Shown piece after piece: positions 1 to 13,960 of a stretch of 64,000 nucleotides of DNA. Under the pieces are notes generated by a model, which did not search any database, had not been told where the DNA came from, and saw only the letters and a list, made by a program, of their open reading frames with translations. Both the position numbers and the translations under genes were made by a program. Position 1 is the first letter of the stretch. Each line of letters starts with the position of its first letter. Source of the stretch: Phoronis australis (lineage: Eukaryota > Animalia > Phoronida); contig NMRA01000294.1 of assembly GCA_002633005.1 (NCBI GenBank), positions 240,948-304,947 on the forward strand. Direction: 5' to 3'.

Positions 1-1789
1 ACGTCGTGATGACAGTCCGCAATTGTGGAGGTGTAGACATTAAATAGCGCCTATCTTTTTGAAACTGTTGCATGCCTCATTTTCACATCGTTTGCATATC
101 TCTTAGAGGAGAACTGTGTCTAGAAGATGTACAGGTAAAAGATGACGTTAGAAAACCACAGACCTGCACTAACGTGTTTAGCAACTCAACCCACTTATAG
201 TTTACTCTACATCTATACTGTATCTCGTTTACCTGTACATGTCTCGCTAGGCCACTTTTAAAGGAGAATGCCACCCAATTTATTTCGTTTTTCATCGTCT
301 TAATCGGTCTATATCAACATCGCCTCTTATAAGGTCGATTTCACCTCTCCGAGAGTTGTCGCTTTAACCTGTGAGGAAGTTGAGTACACGACGCAGCGAC
401 GTCACTGGTTCTTCAGATAAGTGTGTGCCGCTATTTTTGTGGTGCATCGTTTCTCATTGTGCGAACCATGAAGCTGCGAGGAAAGCGGGTATACCGATTT
501 TTTTCGATTTTCTCGAGAACCCGAAATCTTTCGGAAGGGGTTCGCAGCAGTAAAGAATCAAAAACACGCCGTTAATACCAAGTATGAGGCCGTGAAATAT
601 CTGTTTATATGGTCTGTATTGTTCTGTTTCAAAATTATTCTCCCCCTAACCAATGATCGATGAAACTGAAACGAATTGGTATATACAACTTGCAATGCCT
701 TTGGAACGTTCGTCAGTGCAAATGTTTTAAGAAACCAACCACGAATAAATCATTCTACGTTTCCAGCTTCAGATGCAATAAAACTAATTGACAGGGCACC
801 CGTAGGCCGGGTGAGCGCATGGTAATTCAGTGTTTGCTGACAGAAAGCTGTTGTTAAACAATTACTCGATTGTATGTGCTACGGTCAGACGTTAAGGGAA
901 TCTTTATTTAGATATATATATACATTATTTGAATCATTGTTATTGTACACATTTTGTCCTGTACGGTTCTGTGTAAGGGAAACCTGGCTTCGCGGCACCC
1001 GACGGGTAAGTACATTTGCAATTTTGCGGTGTTTTTAACAAAATGTTCACGTCCAAACTCATTAGTTTAGTCTTTTTGTGACTGTAAGTTTAATTTTCAA
1101 CTCTGACAGCCGACTAACCCGGCTGATTTATGTTCGTGATGTCTTCAGTCGGCGATGGGCCTAATCGGGTTCCAAGCCGCTGGGTCACAACGAGCGTTTT
1201 GTGTGCTGAGAACTGAAAAAAATCGCAAGTCTGAAATCACAACACACGGCTATGCTCTCCTGTTTGTATTTCACGGAAGAATAATTCTAATTTATCACCG
1301 AGCAGATCCAAACTTCCAGGGACCGACCTCAATAAGCTGGCCCACCGAACTTTGTAGGCTACGGTACGCTCAAAATTTCTATAAATCCGCAACAGCGAAA
1401 TAAAACAATTCTTTTGTTTGAAAAACTCAATGTTTTTGTAAGGTTTTTGCATAGAATTCTGATAATTTATTGGTGTGACTCGATGAAGTCCACAGATAAG
1501 CTGACACCACTAAACCTGTTGTGAGCTGACGTTGTTAGAACCTATGTCATCATTGGTTAATTTCAACTCCTCCATCTGCCATCCGGTGTTAAGTGAAAGA
1601 ACTAAACTTGCTGTTATCGAGTGGAACCACAAAAATTCGTTGTTTTGATGGCATTCTCGTTTAATGTTTTTAAATTTGCATTTCGTCCTGTTTATCCGAC
1701 TAGAAAACGAAAATCAGATAATGCCTTTAACTCTCGTTATACTTCTTACAGTGGCAGGATTCTGTTACCAACAAGCCAGAACACTGAAA

Positions 1790-2340
1790 TCATTGGCTAC
1801 CCCCTCCCAAAAAAAACAGTTCAGAGCTTTTTGGGGTTAACTCGGTACATGTACTAATCATACGTCTGAAGTAACGCGCAACTCCGTGTCTGTCTCCACC
1901 AAGTTGAACGCATATTTGCGGCAACGTTTGGAAACCAGTCAAATCTCTATCGTTTGGAGGTTTACAAAGAGAAATATTAATGGTGTTAATATAAGGCAAG
2001 AGGGCGTTAGACTTTTGATTTCCGGTTTTTTACCTAAAGGGAATTTAAAAGAATGCGCTCCGGGAAGAGTTGTTGGAACTAACGTTTCACTTTCCGAGGT
2101 CATGAGCTTAATAACTCCGGAACACGGCTGCCCCGGGAATAACGTTGAAATATCTCTAGCAAATTTAAATCGTTGTCTCAGAAAATGCACTTCCTGGACA
2201 GCTGCCTATAACGACTCCGTAGGGCGGATCGAATTCTACATTTTAATGTACACTGTGCCCGGGGGTACTGCCAAAGATGAGGAATACAGAAATCTGCTGC
2301 GAAGAATGGTGATATTTTCACTACCAGATTTCCCGTGAAA
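1790..2340 (+). mobile_element. Highly degraded Gypsy/Ty3 pol fragment (RT-RNaseH connection region)
   Basis: IGYPLPKKTVQSFLGLTRY resembles Gypsy PxTKKxVRSFLGLxGYY. Downstream RNLLRRMVIFSLPDF resembles LKxxLxxxPILxLPDF. The frames are broken. Confidence 0.3.
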
Positions 2341-3766
2341 TGGTGTCTTTTCTGAACAAAATTCCCTGAAAAATGGTTCACGCTGGGAGTTCTTTTTTCA
2401 ACTACATAATTTACAGAAGGTTTTTGATATTATGTTTTTAAAACTGCGTGGCATAAGATATGTTGTTGTTTGACAATACGACCCGTTCGTGTACTATTTC
2501 TAAAAGTCCAAGATTTATGGAATTAACCAAACAAATGTGTAAAGTTTCTGGAACATACATGTACCTTGTTTGCTAGTTCACTCTCTAAACGGGTGGGCAT
2601 CGTAATATTTCAGCTGCATCCCATGTCAAAATATACATGTACAGTAGTTGAGATGTAAACAAGCCCCCTACGCCTGGTAGCGCGAAATGCCGTTTTTAGT
2701 AGTTGATTATGAGACAAAATTTGTAACTTTATTCAAAGCACACACATGGGCACGTGCAATGAAATTATATAATATGTATGAATTTCGTATTTTTTTCTTT
2801 AACGTGCACTGACAATGTTTTCAGCAAGTACACTGTATACGTATAGGTTATACAGCGTACGTGTTTGTACCAGTGGTTATTATATCGAGATTCGTGATAT
2901 GCAAAAGTATTTGAACGAGAGCGAACCTATTTATCCTATACGCTCCACTGAGGATTCTTTAAAGAAGCGGGTTTACACAGATTGCTCCGCTTGTCTTGGT
3001 GTCATTTGACATCTTTTATCAATGATGATCTCAGATCACGGGACACGTATACGTGCACGCAAAATTTTTATGAATGAATTTTGCAGCCTGCACGACACGG
3101 CAGTCAAGTTGTTTTTTTACCGCAGCTACAGGCTTGGGGTGCATATCTACTATTTTCGGTATTTTCGTCAGAGTTTGAGCTAAATCTATTTTTAAGTTAA
3201 AGTTTGCGTACATTTCTCACGATTTTTCTTGACTTCGTTGAGTAATATCTGTGCAGGACACCCAGACGTTGTAGCTGCCTTTGTGATGCACGTTCAGACG
3301 CTTCTTAAAAATGCTCCTTGCGCGCGGTTCTTATCATTTTTAGGTAGAAAGTATTCTGAAATTTATTGTAAAATTGACAAAAATACAGTGTTTACAGAAG
3401 TTGCAGTTTTGCTTTTGGGCTCGACGTATTTTGATTGTTTTGAGAACGAATTCAAAAATTTACTCATATTTGACCGTAAAGAACCTCAACTGGTGTAGTG
3501 CAATAGGTGAACATTTGTAATGTATATGGCTTTCCTAATCTCAAAAATATTGTGGCAAGTTCGAGACTTTTGTGATTTAAGTGTTCAATCCAGGTGCAAA
3601 ATTTCACAGTATATTAAGAAACATTGTCAACGATATTTTTATTTCAATTTTTCGTTTAGTTTACAGAACTCATATCATAGCACTGGCATGTGAAAATATT
3701 GCGCACGGAGCTGAACCCAAAGTGATGCTAAGTAATTATACAATCATGTTTCTACCAATTGTATTG

Positions 3767-3998
3767 NNNNNNNNNNNNNNNNNNNNNNNNNNNNNNNNNN
3801 NNNNNNNNNNNNNNNNNNNNNNNNNNNNNNNNNNNNNNNNNNNNNNNNNNNNNNNNNNNNNNNNNNNNNNNNNNNNNNNNNNNNNNNNNNNNNNNNNNNN
3901 NNNNNNNNNNNNNNNNNNNNNNNNNNNNNNNNNNNNNNNNNNNNNNNNNNNNNNNNNNNNNNNNNNNNNNNNNNNNNNNNNNNNNNNNNNNNNNNNNN
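3767..3998. other. Assembly gap (232 N)
   Basis: Run of N in the sequence. Confidence 0.99.
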
Positions 3999-6135
3999 TA
4001 AACGGCTAAAAACTCGAAGACAATAACAAAATACACTCTGCTACCGTATTGGGCAAATGACCAAACGACAAGCTTTTGCCCCACTTCCCGTGACGTCACA
4101 GTTAAGTCTCACATAATCTCGCGTTATTGTTATAAACTCGCAAAAGGCCTATTACCGTAAACAAGGTCCACAAGTTTTGTTGCAACCATTGTTAATTCCA
4201 CCTAATGATGACGTTACCTTGCAAGAACCTTATGAGTGCGCTTGTGAAGAAAGTCGTTTTTGCGCTAGGGTTTGGTGTGTGTTCAGCCTCTTGAAGTTGA
4301 GATCGATGAACGGGCATGAGCAATGTGACTTTCAAAACGGGCATTGCTTGTATGAGGGTGCACAGAACAGTTTTCATTGGGTTTGCCAAGCAAAACGCAT
4401 ATCACTGGACTGGCCATACCGTGAATAATACGCTTACAAGAAGTCACGCATTTCTAAAGATATGCGAGAATTTTCACCGCTCGTCCTTCTGAGCAGCTTG
4501 TACCGGGACCAAAGAAAGCGCGGCGCCGGAATCAGGTACAATTGTGATGACCGCATTTTCGGATCCGAGCAAGACCCAATTAAATGTAATTATCCGACCA
4601 TAAACTTATTTAAACATCTCTGAATGTGCATAATGGCGAATTAACAAAATGCATTAACCACTAATTTTCATTATAAACGAACACCATGGCGGTATTCAGC
4701 TGAAAAAACAACCAAGTGCGGTTTGCGATTTTTAAAAATCGATGAACTAATAATCTAAACACTACAACCATTGGGTACGATTGAAGATAAACAACCGCGC
4801 GTATTGATATACTTGGTGGATATACAAACGCTGATCAGCGTTAACAATATCTCATGGATTCATTTTTTCATCTCGTTCCAAAAGATTTTTGACCAGGAAA
4901 CATTTGTTGTGCCCACTTTTCATTTTTATTAGTGAAAAAGAGCTTGAATAGTTATACAGTCAGTGCCACCGAAATTGTCCAGAGATTCCAAATGTTTAGT
5001 TTGGTTATCACCATATTTGCACTTTTGTATATATTTTACGATTTGATTTCTAATAAAGATTAAACTTTAATGACACGTGAAATGTTTAGTGTACCTGTAA
5101 TGGGGTAAGTTTAGGGATGGGCTCACAATGAACTTAACTAATTATGTTAAGCTGACGATCAAAATCTACCACTGTTTTGGTACTTCAAGTTCAAATCTTA
5201 GATAAAAAGTTATCAACCCGTTTCCGGTAAGAAAAAAAAAACAAATGGGCAGAAGCATTAAAACTTAAATAAAGAAAACCAATATGAAACTTATCGTTCC
5301 TTTGGGAAGTGGCCCTTTGTGAAGATAAACACAAGTTAACCTTTTTAGTCATTTCGTAATAGATATAATGTACCAAGTTAAAATCACTCTCCAGAGTTGC
5401 AGGCTATAACTCGGCAAATGTCAGAGAAAACCAACATGGGCGTACGTACAACAACCATTGTTGAGACAGTAATGCTACTGTAGCAATTACTTTTCCACTT
5501 CATTAGCTCAGATCTACATCAATACAAAGGGCGTGCTGAACAGGCATCGTAAAAGTTGACGGGGGCTTGGGGAATCAGAGCGGTCACCAGTGTGAGCGAG
5601 AAATTCTCCACATGGAGTCACCTTTTCCTATTCTGTCGAAAATCTCATGCAGAGAATCATGGCATGTTTTGAGTCAGTTCACATCCAAAACCCTACAGGT
5701 GAGCTCAGAAACTTTGTGTTTGTGTATTTTGGCCCTTTCATTCCTACTGAAAGCCAAAGTAGGCTGAGAAGAAAGGGCTAAAAACACAAAATCGGTACCT
5801 TTCACCCCAAAACCACCACTCCCCTGCTGATGCACGAGGTAAACCAACATTGGATTCTGGAAACAAACTTTCTACTGATTCCAAAGGAACCAACTATTTT
5901 TTTTATAATTCTGGCTTGTTTGATGGCTACCTGAAATCGCAGCCACTTTCTCAGTCGCTGCCCAACAATGCACAAATACAAAGGGGTCGATATTTTGAAG
6001 ACGAGCGTAGCTACAGCCGAGCAAGTGACCTTTTCAGTCCCAACATGTTCGCAAATACAAACAAACCAGGTTCACTGAGCCTACAAGCAACTCCTAACTC
6101 AAAACTGTCTCCAAACCTGGCCTACCCTTAGAACA

Positions 6136-6667
6136 TTGCGGCGTTTTCCCGTTGCTCCCAACTTGTTCGATTTAATAGCCCAACAACAAGTTGGGAATTA
6201 TACCCCTGTATCCAATATCTTACTCGGCTGATTAACTTCATTCTGGCATTCATGCTTGGAGGGCCAACTCTCTTTTGTTCGATAATTGCTCTAATCTTCA
6301 ATAAGATCCTATCTAGCCTGACTGGGCTGTGCTGTTAAAAATAAAAGTTAAGTTATTACATATTTGAACATAAACCAATAGCCTTTCTGAAATCCTCGTC
6401 AAATGGTGATCATGTTTAGTTTTTGATTCGCCAAAATCGCCCAACTGCAACCGAAGTTGCGATAATCTATTCTTTCCGATTGTACCAATTCACTCGGGTT
6501 TGACGGTGTTCACACGTGGTCTGTAATAGGCCTGTGGTAGATAATTGGCCTGCTTGTTGTCATAGCAGACAAAAGACTGTGCTTGGCAGTTAACAAAGGA
6601 GCAAGATGTTATTACACGCTCAGAATCTCCTACTTCTGTAAAGTAGCTGAACGGGAAAACGCTGTCA
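6136..6667. mobile_element. MITE-like element with ~15-bp TIRs; a second copy lies inverted at 58368..59509
   Basis: Begins ttGCGGCGTTTTCCCGTT and ends AACGGGAAAACGCTGTca (inverted repeat). It aligns along its length to the reverse complement of 58970..59509. No clear TSD. Confidence 0.7.
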
Positions 6668-7199
6668 TCTGATTCAATTTTTGACTGCAGCCTAACAGTC
6701 ACGCCGGCCGTAGGCCTAATGTGGCCGTCAGAATTAACGTACATGAAGGCACGCCAGTTTGCGGACGGACAAGCTCACACTCTAAGCGCAATCTCAGCTA
6801 TTGTTCTATTTCAGTTCCCTCTATCATTGTTATAAACAAATCCACGCAGTCAGAACGGACATGAAAGGATACGCTCGATGGAAGAAAAGTGACAGTTGTT
6901 CGTCCGCTATTTTACTATAGAACAACGGACGTAATTCACAGTTGTGCCCGTATTTCTTTAAAGCCGCTAAACGGACCAACAGACAGACCACTTCTTACAA
7001 TGAGTTCATCTTGTTGCGGATGGTTCAAACGAGAACTGGCAACTCGTTATTACATGAGATCAAGCTCTACAAGTTGTCTTGTCAGTGCATACATGTATGC
7101 CATGTTTGTGTCTCCGAATATGGCTCAAGCAATAAGGAACTGGCAGTTCTCTATCAACCTAGAAATCACTTCTCATCCGAGTAAGGGACAAGTTGAATC

Positions 7200-7540
7200 A
7201 AATTGCATTGCGGCAAGTTGTCTTAATGAAAAGTTCGATTCGTCGACGGAAATCGGGGTTTATAAGAGCTTCAATGAAGAAAACGTGTAACAGACGCTTG
7301 ATGCTAGGCCCAACGCTATAATAATGCCAAATATTAACACATGTAAGGTAAAACTTTGTCGGAGTTTCGTTAATTTCACGTCATTCTCTGCACACACACC
7401 GGCGATCTGTTTTGAGGTCGGTGACCAAACAAAGAGTTTGACCGACAACTCTCTAAGTGCGATTTCCAGTGTATTGCAGGAGCTGTTTTACTTGGTTTCA
7501 CACCCGGCCACCCCCGTATGATGATGTGTTTTTAACCCGA
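7200..7540 (-). mobile_element. Degraded Gypsy pol fragment (pre-integrase GWP / zinc-binding region)
   Basis: Minus-strand pieces IIIRGWP..HW..RELSV, GIIIALGLA and IELFIKTTC resemble Gypsy GWP..YW..RxELS..HxGI..LAR..DIExFVxxC. There are several frameshifts. Confidence 0.3.
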
Positions 7541-8155
7541 TTCTTACCACTTGCGGACGCAGGAGAACTGGAGGCAGTCGTGCGAGCGAAACGATATTTT
7601 CATCCCTGTCGGCGGCAGCTAACATGGAAATGACCTCACGATCCAGCATGTTGCCAAACTGCAATTAAATTTCTGCTTCAGAACAACAGTGTTTGCCAAA
7701 AAAATGTTACCCTCCTAACAGCATTTGATGAATACAATTTCGGAGTCAAGGACACGTCGTTCTGCGTCGACCGAACGCGAAGATTGTGTCTTGGGTGCCA
7801 CAAAGGCGATCCGTCTTCAACAACACGGCACCCGAAATGTAGTTCAAGTGGTTACATGTATGTGTCACAATAGAACTATAGAACTGGAATGCCAACTCCC
7901 GTGCCTCCCGCATCTTAGTGTTAGAGCTGGCGACCCTGAGATTTCACGGGACCGACTGCGAGAGTTTCCACTGTGAATTTCCGGTTGTCTACTCGACTGA
8001 GTTTTGGTTGATTGTTGTATTGCCCGTTCTCAAATCAAGCCTAATTTCATTTCTTCATTTTCTTCTTGTCAATTTTATTCGTAATGTAATCATCAAGCGA
8101 GACTTTTGAGGTTTAGCATCAGACAATCACCGATTTCTTGGCAAAATTAGTCAAC

Positions 8156-8156
8156 C

Positions 8157-8203
<47 letters not shown>

Positions 8204-8220
8204 TGCGCGCGCGCGTGTGC
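8156..8220. repeat. Compound (CG)n(TG)n microsatellite
   Basis: Directly visible alternating purine-pyrimidine tract. Confidence 0.95.
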
Positions 8221-8879
8221 ATACATAAACTGTTTTGTTTCTACAATCATTCAGGTACGGAATGTTTACTTGAAGCCCAGATATAATGTTAATCCGATTT
8301 CCGTGAAGCATAATTATCTGTAGACGCAGTGTTTGCCTATACCCGAGAAAATTAATAATTTGAATCGTTTACCTTGTGAGAGAATCAAATCCAACACGTT
8401 ATGTTATCGACAGCGTAGTACACTGTACTTGCCAAGTGTTCCGCTCTTGGTGGACTATCCCAATTATTGATTTTATTCCGCTTTCCCGCATTACCACCAA
8501 AATGTTCTACTTTGGACACACGGCCAAATTGATAATACCGAGATTTCTCACTTGACAGAAAAGTAGCCAGTTCGACTATGAAGCAAAGACTGGACGTTTC
8601 AGGGTTTTTTGTGTCACCCGTAATTATCCTTTCGATTGAAAAACAAAAAAAACGCCGTCTGAGGGTTTTGGCGTAACGTGGCCTCTTTGACAAAAAACGC
8701 TGTCGAGACATATTTGTGTGCTGCGGCGAACATTTCACCCATACATTTTGGCTGTTGCCCCATTTTTTTCATTCTCCATTGTTGACAATTATGCAAGAGG
8801 TGTTAAAATAATATCGTGCCTTTGTTATGAATCTCATTAGTTTCTTGAGTAACATAACCATTATAAAGTGTGTTCCTAT

Positions 8880-10100
8880 GTCTCTTGTTTACGGTAACGT
8901 ACACTGCATGCATCAGTAGGCCCTATCACTAATTTTTTTCTGAAGAAATTAGTTTTATCTCTAAGTGTCTCAAAATTACACGATAGATGTTTGCCCACTT
9001 TAATCAGAAAACCCGTATCTGCAAATTTTGGATATGTTGTTACAGTAATTAAGTTAAAGATGCTGTGTCTCATTGAAATTGTGAATATTCACATTTGTAA
9101 CAAGCGCCACCCAGTGACTTGCTGGAGAACTGTGTGTACAAGTATAATCAGGAAAATAAACACTTCCTAAATAAAATTCAGTTTTAAATAAATAAAACCT
9201 GTGCCTTGAGGTTAACAACCACAGACGCAAAATGTCGTGATGCTGAACTATTTTCCAAAGTGACGGCAAAATGAAATTACAGAACGAATGTTTTTGTTGT
9301 GGTCACTGTGAGGAGTGTCTGGCAGACCTCGATTATCGGGGACCTTCAGTTTCTCTTCACACTAACATCTTGTAGGGACAGGAAAATTAGGATACTTACC
9401 TATTTACTGAGTAATTCCATATGAAAAGTTATGACTCTTTCCACAGTACTGTTCCAGAATATCACAAAAGGCAGTCTTTCAGAAATGTTTTTATTTTTTG
9501 TTTAATTCACTATCAAATAACGATTGTGTAATATTTGGAATTAATAGGGTTTTCTTGTTTATCTGTTGTGGTGTTTTCTTTAAAACCACAATGTATTTAG
9601 AATCTGTTTCTTTTCCTGATTATACTTGTAAACACAGAGTTCTCCAGGAAGTCACTAAGTGGCGCTTGCTACAAATTGGAATATTCACAGTTTTAATGAG
9701 ACATATCATCTTTAACACGCTTTTTGTAAATGTTACTTCATCTTGAATTTTTAATGTAATTGAATTAAACGGAACCAAATGTCCAATTAATATACAACGA
9801 TTTAGAATTTTAGTAAACATTTTGTAAATTCTTCAAAGCACTTGTGAGGAGATCTATATTCTGAAATCGTTGTCTTTCTCCGGTTGCAATCTTTTGAAAT
9901 ATTGAAACTGTTTCCATGATGGTTTAATTTATCCTTTATATAACCTCTTTTGTTCTTTTATTTTTTTATGTTTCTGTTGTATCATAAATTAACTGACATT
10001 ACAAGATAATTAGTTGGATAATTATACAATTATTCAGGCACTTAGTAATTCAAGTGCTTCACTTAGTTATGTTTCGCATTCGTAATACCCTTGATTTTCA
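8880..10100 (-). mobile_element. Degraded CR1-like LINE reverse transcriptase fragment, interrupted by the MITE at 9058..9711
   Basis: Minus-strand KMFTKILNR (~9800) resembles KLFTxILNxRL. On the other side of the MITE, GF..ETLRDK...KKL resembles QxGF..LxTLIDK...KKLY. The two pieces are in the expected order. Confidence 0.35.
9058..9711. mobile_element. Non-autonomous TTAA-targeting DNA transposon (Kolobok-type MITE)
   Basis: ~145-bp imperfect TIRs (AGATGCTGTGTCTCATT... / ...AATGAGACATATCATCT). TTAA flanks both sides (9054-9057, 9712-9715). RR..YY termini with a TTAA TSD are the Kolobok signature, whereas piggyBac starts with CC. Confidence 0.8.
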
Positions 10101-13100
10101 AAATTAAATTAAAAAATATATATTTTAAACCTGCCAGGTATTGCAAAATTATTTTTCGTTTGCTTTTGGTATAATCAAACACCATCAAGAGTCAATGATG
10201 GTTTTCCGAATAATTTTCATGCAATTATGTTGAAAAACGACCAAGTTGTTAAAATGATTACCCTTTTTCCATTGGCAAAGTGTTTAATGTATCTTTCTTT
10301 TGATTTGTCTTAGGAACTTGATTTTGATGTCGGATTGGTGCTTGGTGACGTTGATATATTTTAAGGAAATTTAGAATGTTTGAAATACGTCTAGTTGGCT
10401 TTGCAATACGCAGTTATACCTACAACCGGCTTCGCGTATTGGCAAATGGCAAGCAAATGACCCTCCGTTTAACAATGTGTGGGGCATTAGACAGCTAAGT
10501 ATTAAAAACATTAGCAAGAAATTCGGAAGAAATTTGTCTGTGATAACAGCTCTCAACTTGATTCGCTTATAATAAACAAACATTCCACCCTCATCCCTAT
10601 CTTATGTAGCAAGAAATAACATCAAAGAAAGGCAAGGTGTTCCATCGAAATTGGAATCCCGTTGTAAAACAGATATCCCTGTGTCGAAATCAGTCCCACG
10701 TACATTCAAAACTGCTAATCAGCCCGAAAACACAAACCCCGACCTTTTACACGTTTATTTGTTTTTTGGACTGGTTAGCAGTTTCGAAACTGCACGCGTC
10801 TGTTTTATGGAACACCCTGAAACGAATGCAAGCGACTCACACTCATGCATGGCGCGGCCTCAACCGCGCGTGATCAAAGTTGGCATTCCAGTACTAAATT
10901 GAACGATGCATTGTCATTTCAGTGGATAAACCAAGCTCTGTAGAAATAGTATTAAATGCCCAGTTCAACCTTTTCAGGCAATTGTGCACCATTTGGCGTT
11001 TACAACCTTGCTTATCTTTGCGTAATATTCCTCAAGTAAGCTTTTCAGAATGAAAGACGATACGCTCTGGAGCTTCGTCATTTTTTGTTTTAGGCAGTGT
11101 GCAGGTCTTAAAGTGAATCAGGGAGCAAACCAAACTAAAATCTGTACTTTGGCCGTAGAAAGGAGTTGAGTCTACGTGTCAAGCGCGCCGACGTTGATCG
11201 ATCATGTTTGGGGTGAATTAGACAGGCTGTGAACCAGTGATGCTGGATTCGGCCATATATCACGTGGCTACTTCAGTTACAAGCAACTGATCATGACTAA
11301 CTTAATTCTCGCTTAACTTTAGATTATAGCAAGCAATGATATATCTAATTAAGGACAGTTGTACTGAGCTACAGTCATTTATTAAACATCATAAATTTCT
11401 CAAAAACGCATTAACGTAAAATGCTGATCCTATTTTTGGAGTCAAATGTGAAGGCTGTATTGGGAGTTCTGGAGGCTATGCTTGGAGTCCAACAGTGTGT
11501 TATAACGTTTTGTGAGATTGCCGCTCATTGTTTACCAATCTACATGTAGCAATTTCAAATTGTTCTCCCCTTCGGCTCATGCCTAATGCTGTATCTACAA
11601 ACACATATTGGCATAAACAATAATACACCATCAATTGATACTTCATTTTTTCTAAGTTAGCGAGTACATTTCAGATTAGTCAACGCAATGGGTTTGATTC
11701 AATGGTTTTGAAATTATTTTGACATGAATGAGACCGTTCTGGGTTTACTATGAAGCGTAATTCTACTAAGTGTGTAAAAATACATTTGATACGGTAATTA
11801 GTGGGTTTTAACAATTATCAAAAATAAGATGACATTCGGCGCCAAAAGTCAGCAGCAAAGTTTATTAACACAGTGCTTGAATTAGTTGATCTCTCTCAAT
11901 TAACACAACTTCAGTAATCAAGAAATCACTTTGCCACATTCCGTGAGTAGTATCGTCTAGCAACATATTTTTCTTGTGTGGCTAAATAAAGTATGTGCCA
12001 CATTTTTAAACAGTTGCTCAGTTTTTTTTATAAAGAAGTTTATGTGGATCAAAACTGTCACATATGTTGAGCAGAAGAGGGCATTGTTAGCAACAAAGTT
12101 AGCCAATTACAAACGACAAACCCTTGTCTGGTACCCGCGGTACATGTAGATGCAGATGATACATGTACATCTCTGTTCGTGAACACGTACTTGACAATGT
12201 CACTTTTAGTCTCCACCATCGGGTGCTGGAAATCATTACGGTTGGAAATCGCCGAAACGCCTACGGTGCGTTTATGTTCCCGAGATCATGAAAACAGGAA
12301 CAAAGTTAATTTTCGTCCTCCACACAGTTTCTCGTACAGAAAATATAATATTTCATTATCAAAGTTTCCAATGCTTGCCGTTCTCAGCTAATTATCTGTG
12401 GTTTTCACAATGGAATGTCGAGGTAGTTTTTAATAAAAACTCGTGGCGAGCTGAATTTTTTGTATGGTTCTACTGCAAAGTTTGCCTTAACTTTCGTAAT
12501 AGTTTGTGTTATTTTGAATATCTGAATACCAAACCTGTAATTGTCCTTTGTTTGTTTATTGTAAAAACAGTATCACTGAAAGGTTTTTTGCAAACTACAC
12601 CCGGTTTAGCCATACTTCGTGGAAATCACATTTCGTTAAGATGCTTATAACATATGATTCTTATACTTAAACTTGCCAAAACTTTTTTTAATTTTCAGAG
12701 CATGTCACTTCAGAGCCCACTTCGAGTATTTGTCACATGACATCATAAAAATTCGTAACCAGAATTTTATCCAGCAGTGTTACACAATACCTGATATACA
12801 GAGGCAACCTTCCACATTCACTAAATCTGTGTATTAGAGCATGTGGTTCGGACTCCAAGAACCGTTTTACAAAAACGCAAATGCTCGAATTAGGCCTTTT
12901 ACTCTCATAAAATCGTTCTGGTCACATTTTTACTGTGTACCAAGCCTAGTCACAAGCAATGCGCGCATGCGCCACTTCGAATTCGCAATATGGCCAACAC
13001 TTAGAACGTTTTCACGAGTTGGTGGTGGTTTGGACGTTTCTTGTCGATAGTTGAAGAAGATTTCTAGTACCGAATAGGAGTATTATGACGCCGATTTCAT

Positions 13101-13445
13101 AAGAGTATGAGACTTAATTCGTTTGTCGGGCGAAATGCAACTTTAAATCCGCTTATTTACTCCACTGCCATTTGTCACTAGTGTTTACCTCCGCCAGCAG
13201 AGCGTTGAAACTGCGACTTTGGGAGTAACAGGACCTCATGATGAGGCTGACCTCTGACAATCTCTTTTTTCCTTTAACACAGTACTTAACAATAAAACTG
13301 ACGACATCTTGTCGTCCCTGTTATTGTTTCAAAACGAGATACACGGGTAAAAAAATCTTGAATGAGATCGATACTTCGCACATTTTGTGAATTGGTGATT
13401 TAAACTTTTATATGACATTGATCACAACTACATGTACATGTGATA

Positions 13446-13960
13446 TTTATTTATTTATTTATTTATTTATTAATGCAATATTTGCAATGGGGGTACCTCC
13501 ATCAGTTCACACTGCTTTCCATGGGGGCCTTCAGTAAAAACATACAGACAGTAAGACAAACTAACGGAATTACAAAATGAAAGACAATATTTAAATAATA
13601 AGCAAATAGTAAGAAATTAACACGGAAAGACCGATGAAACAAAATAAAGAATAAAATATGATAATTAGAAGTTAAAGAAAGTGAGACAAGATGATTAACT
13701 AGAATGTAAATATGAATAGTTAAAAAAAGACAATAAATAATTAATAAAAGTAAGACATAATAAATATATACACGCATGTATACACATGCACTCTTACACA
13801 CACACATACATAAACACATACATACGTAAACATACATATGTACATATATAAATATACACTCACATACATACACACATAACATACATACCTACATTCATAA
13901 ATACAAACATACACGTGAATGCACTACAACATACACACACATACACATATGTACACATGA
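13446..13960 (-). mobile_element. Probable 3' end of a CR1/L2-type LINE with (TAAA)n tail and degenerate (TGTA)n tract
   Basis: Minus strand reads GGCCCCCATGGAAAGCAGTGTGAACTG..TACCC..(AATA)n, preceded by a T-rich and TGTA-rich stretch (13765-13960). The simple repeats are certain; the LINE assignment is inference. Confidence 0.35.

Noticed and set aside
3581-4099. Long ORFs spanning the gap
   Set aside because: They are open only because of the N run.
4170-4690. Possible further SWIM/THAP convergent transposon relic
   Set aside because: The motif resemblance requires several assumed frameshifts and cannot be supported without a profile search.
13502-13882. 126-aa hydrophobic ORF
   Set aside because: It is a translation of simple repeats and a T-rich tract.
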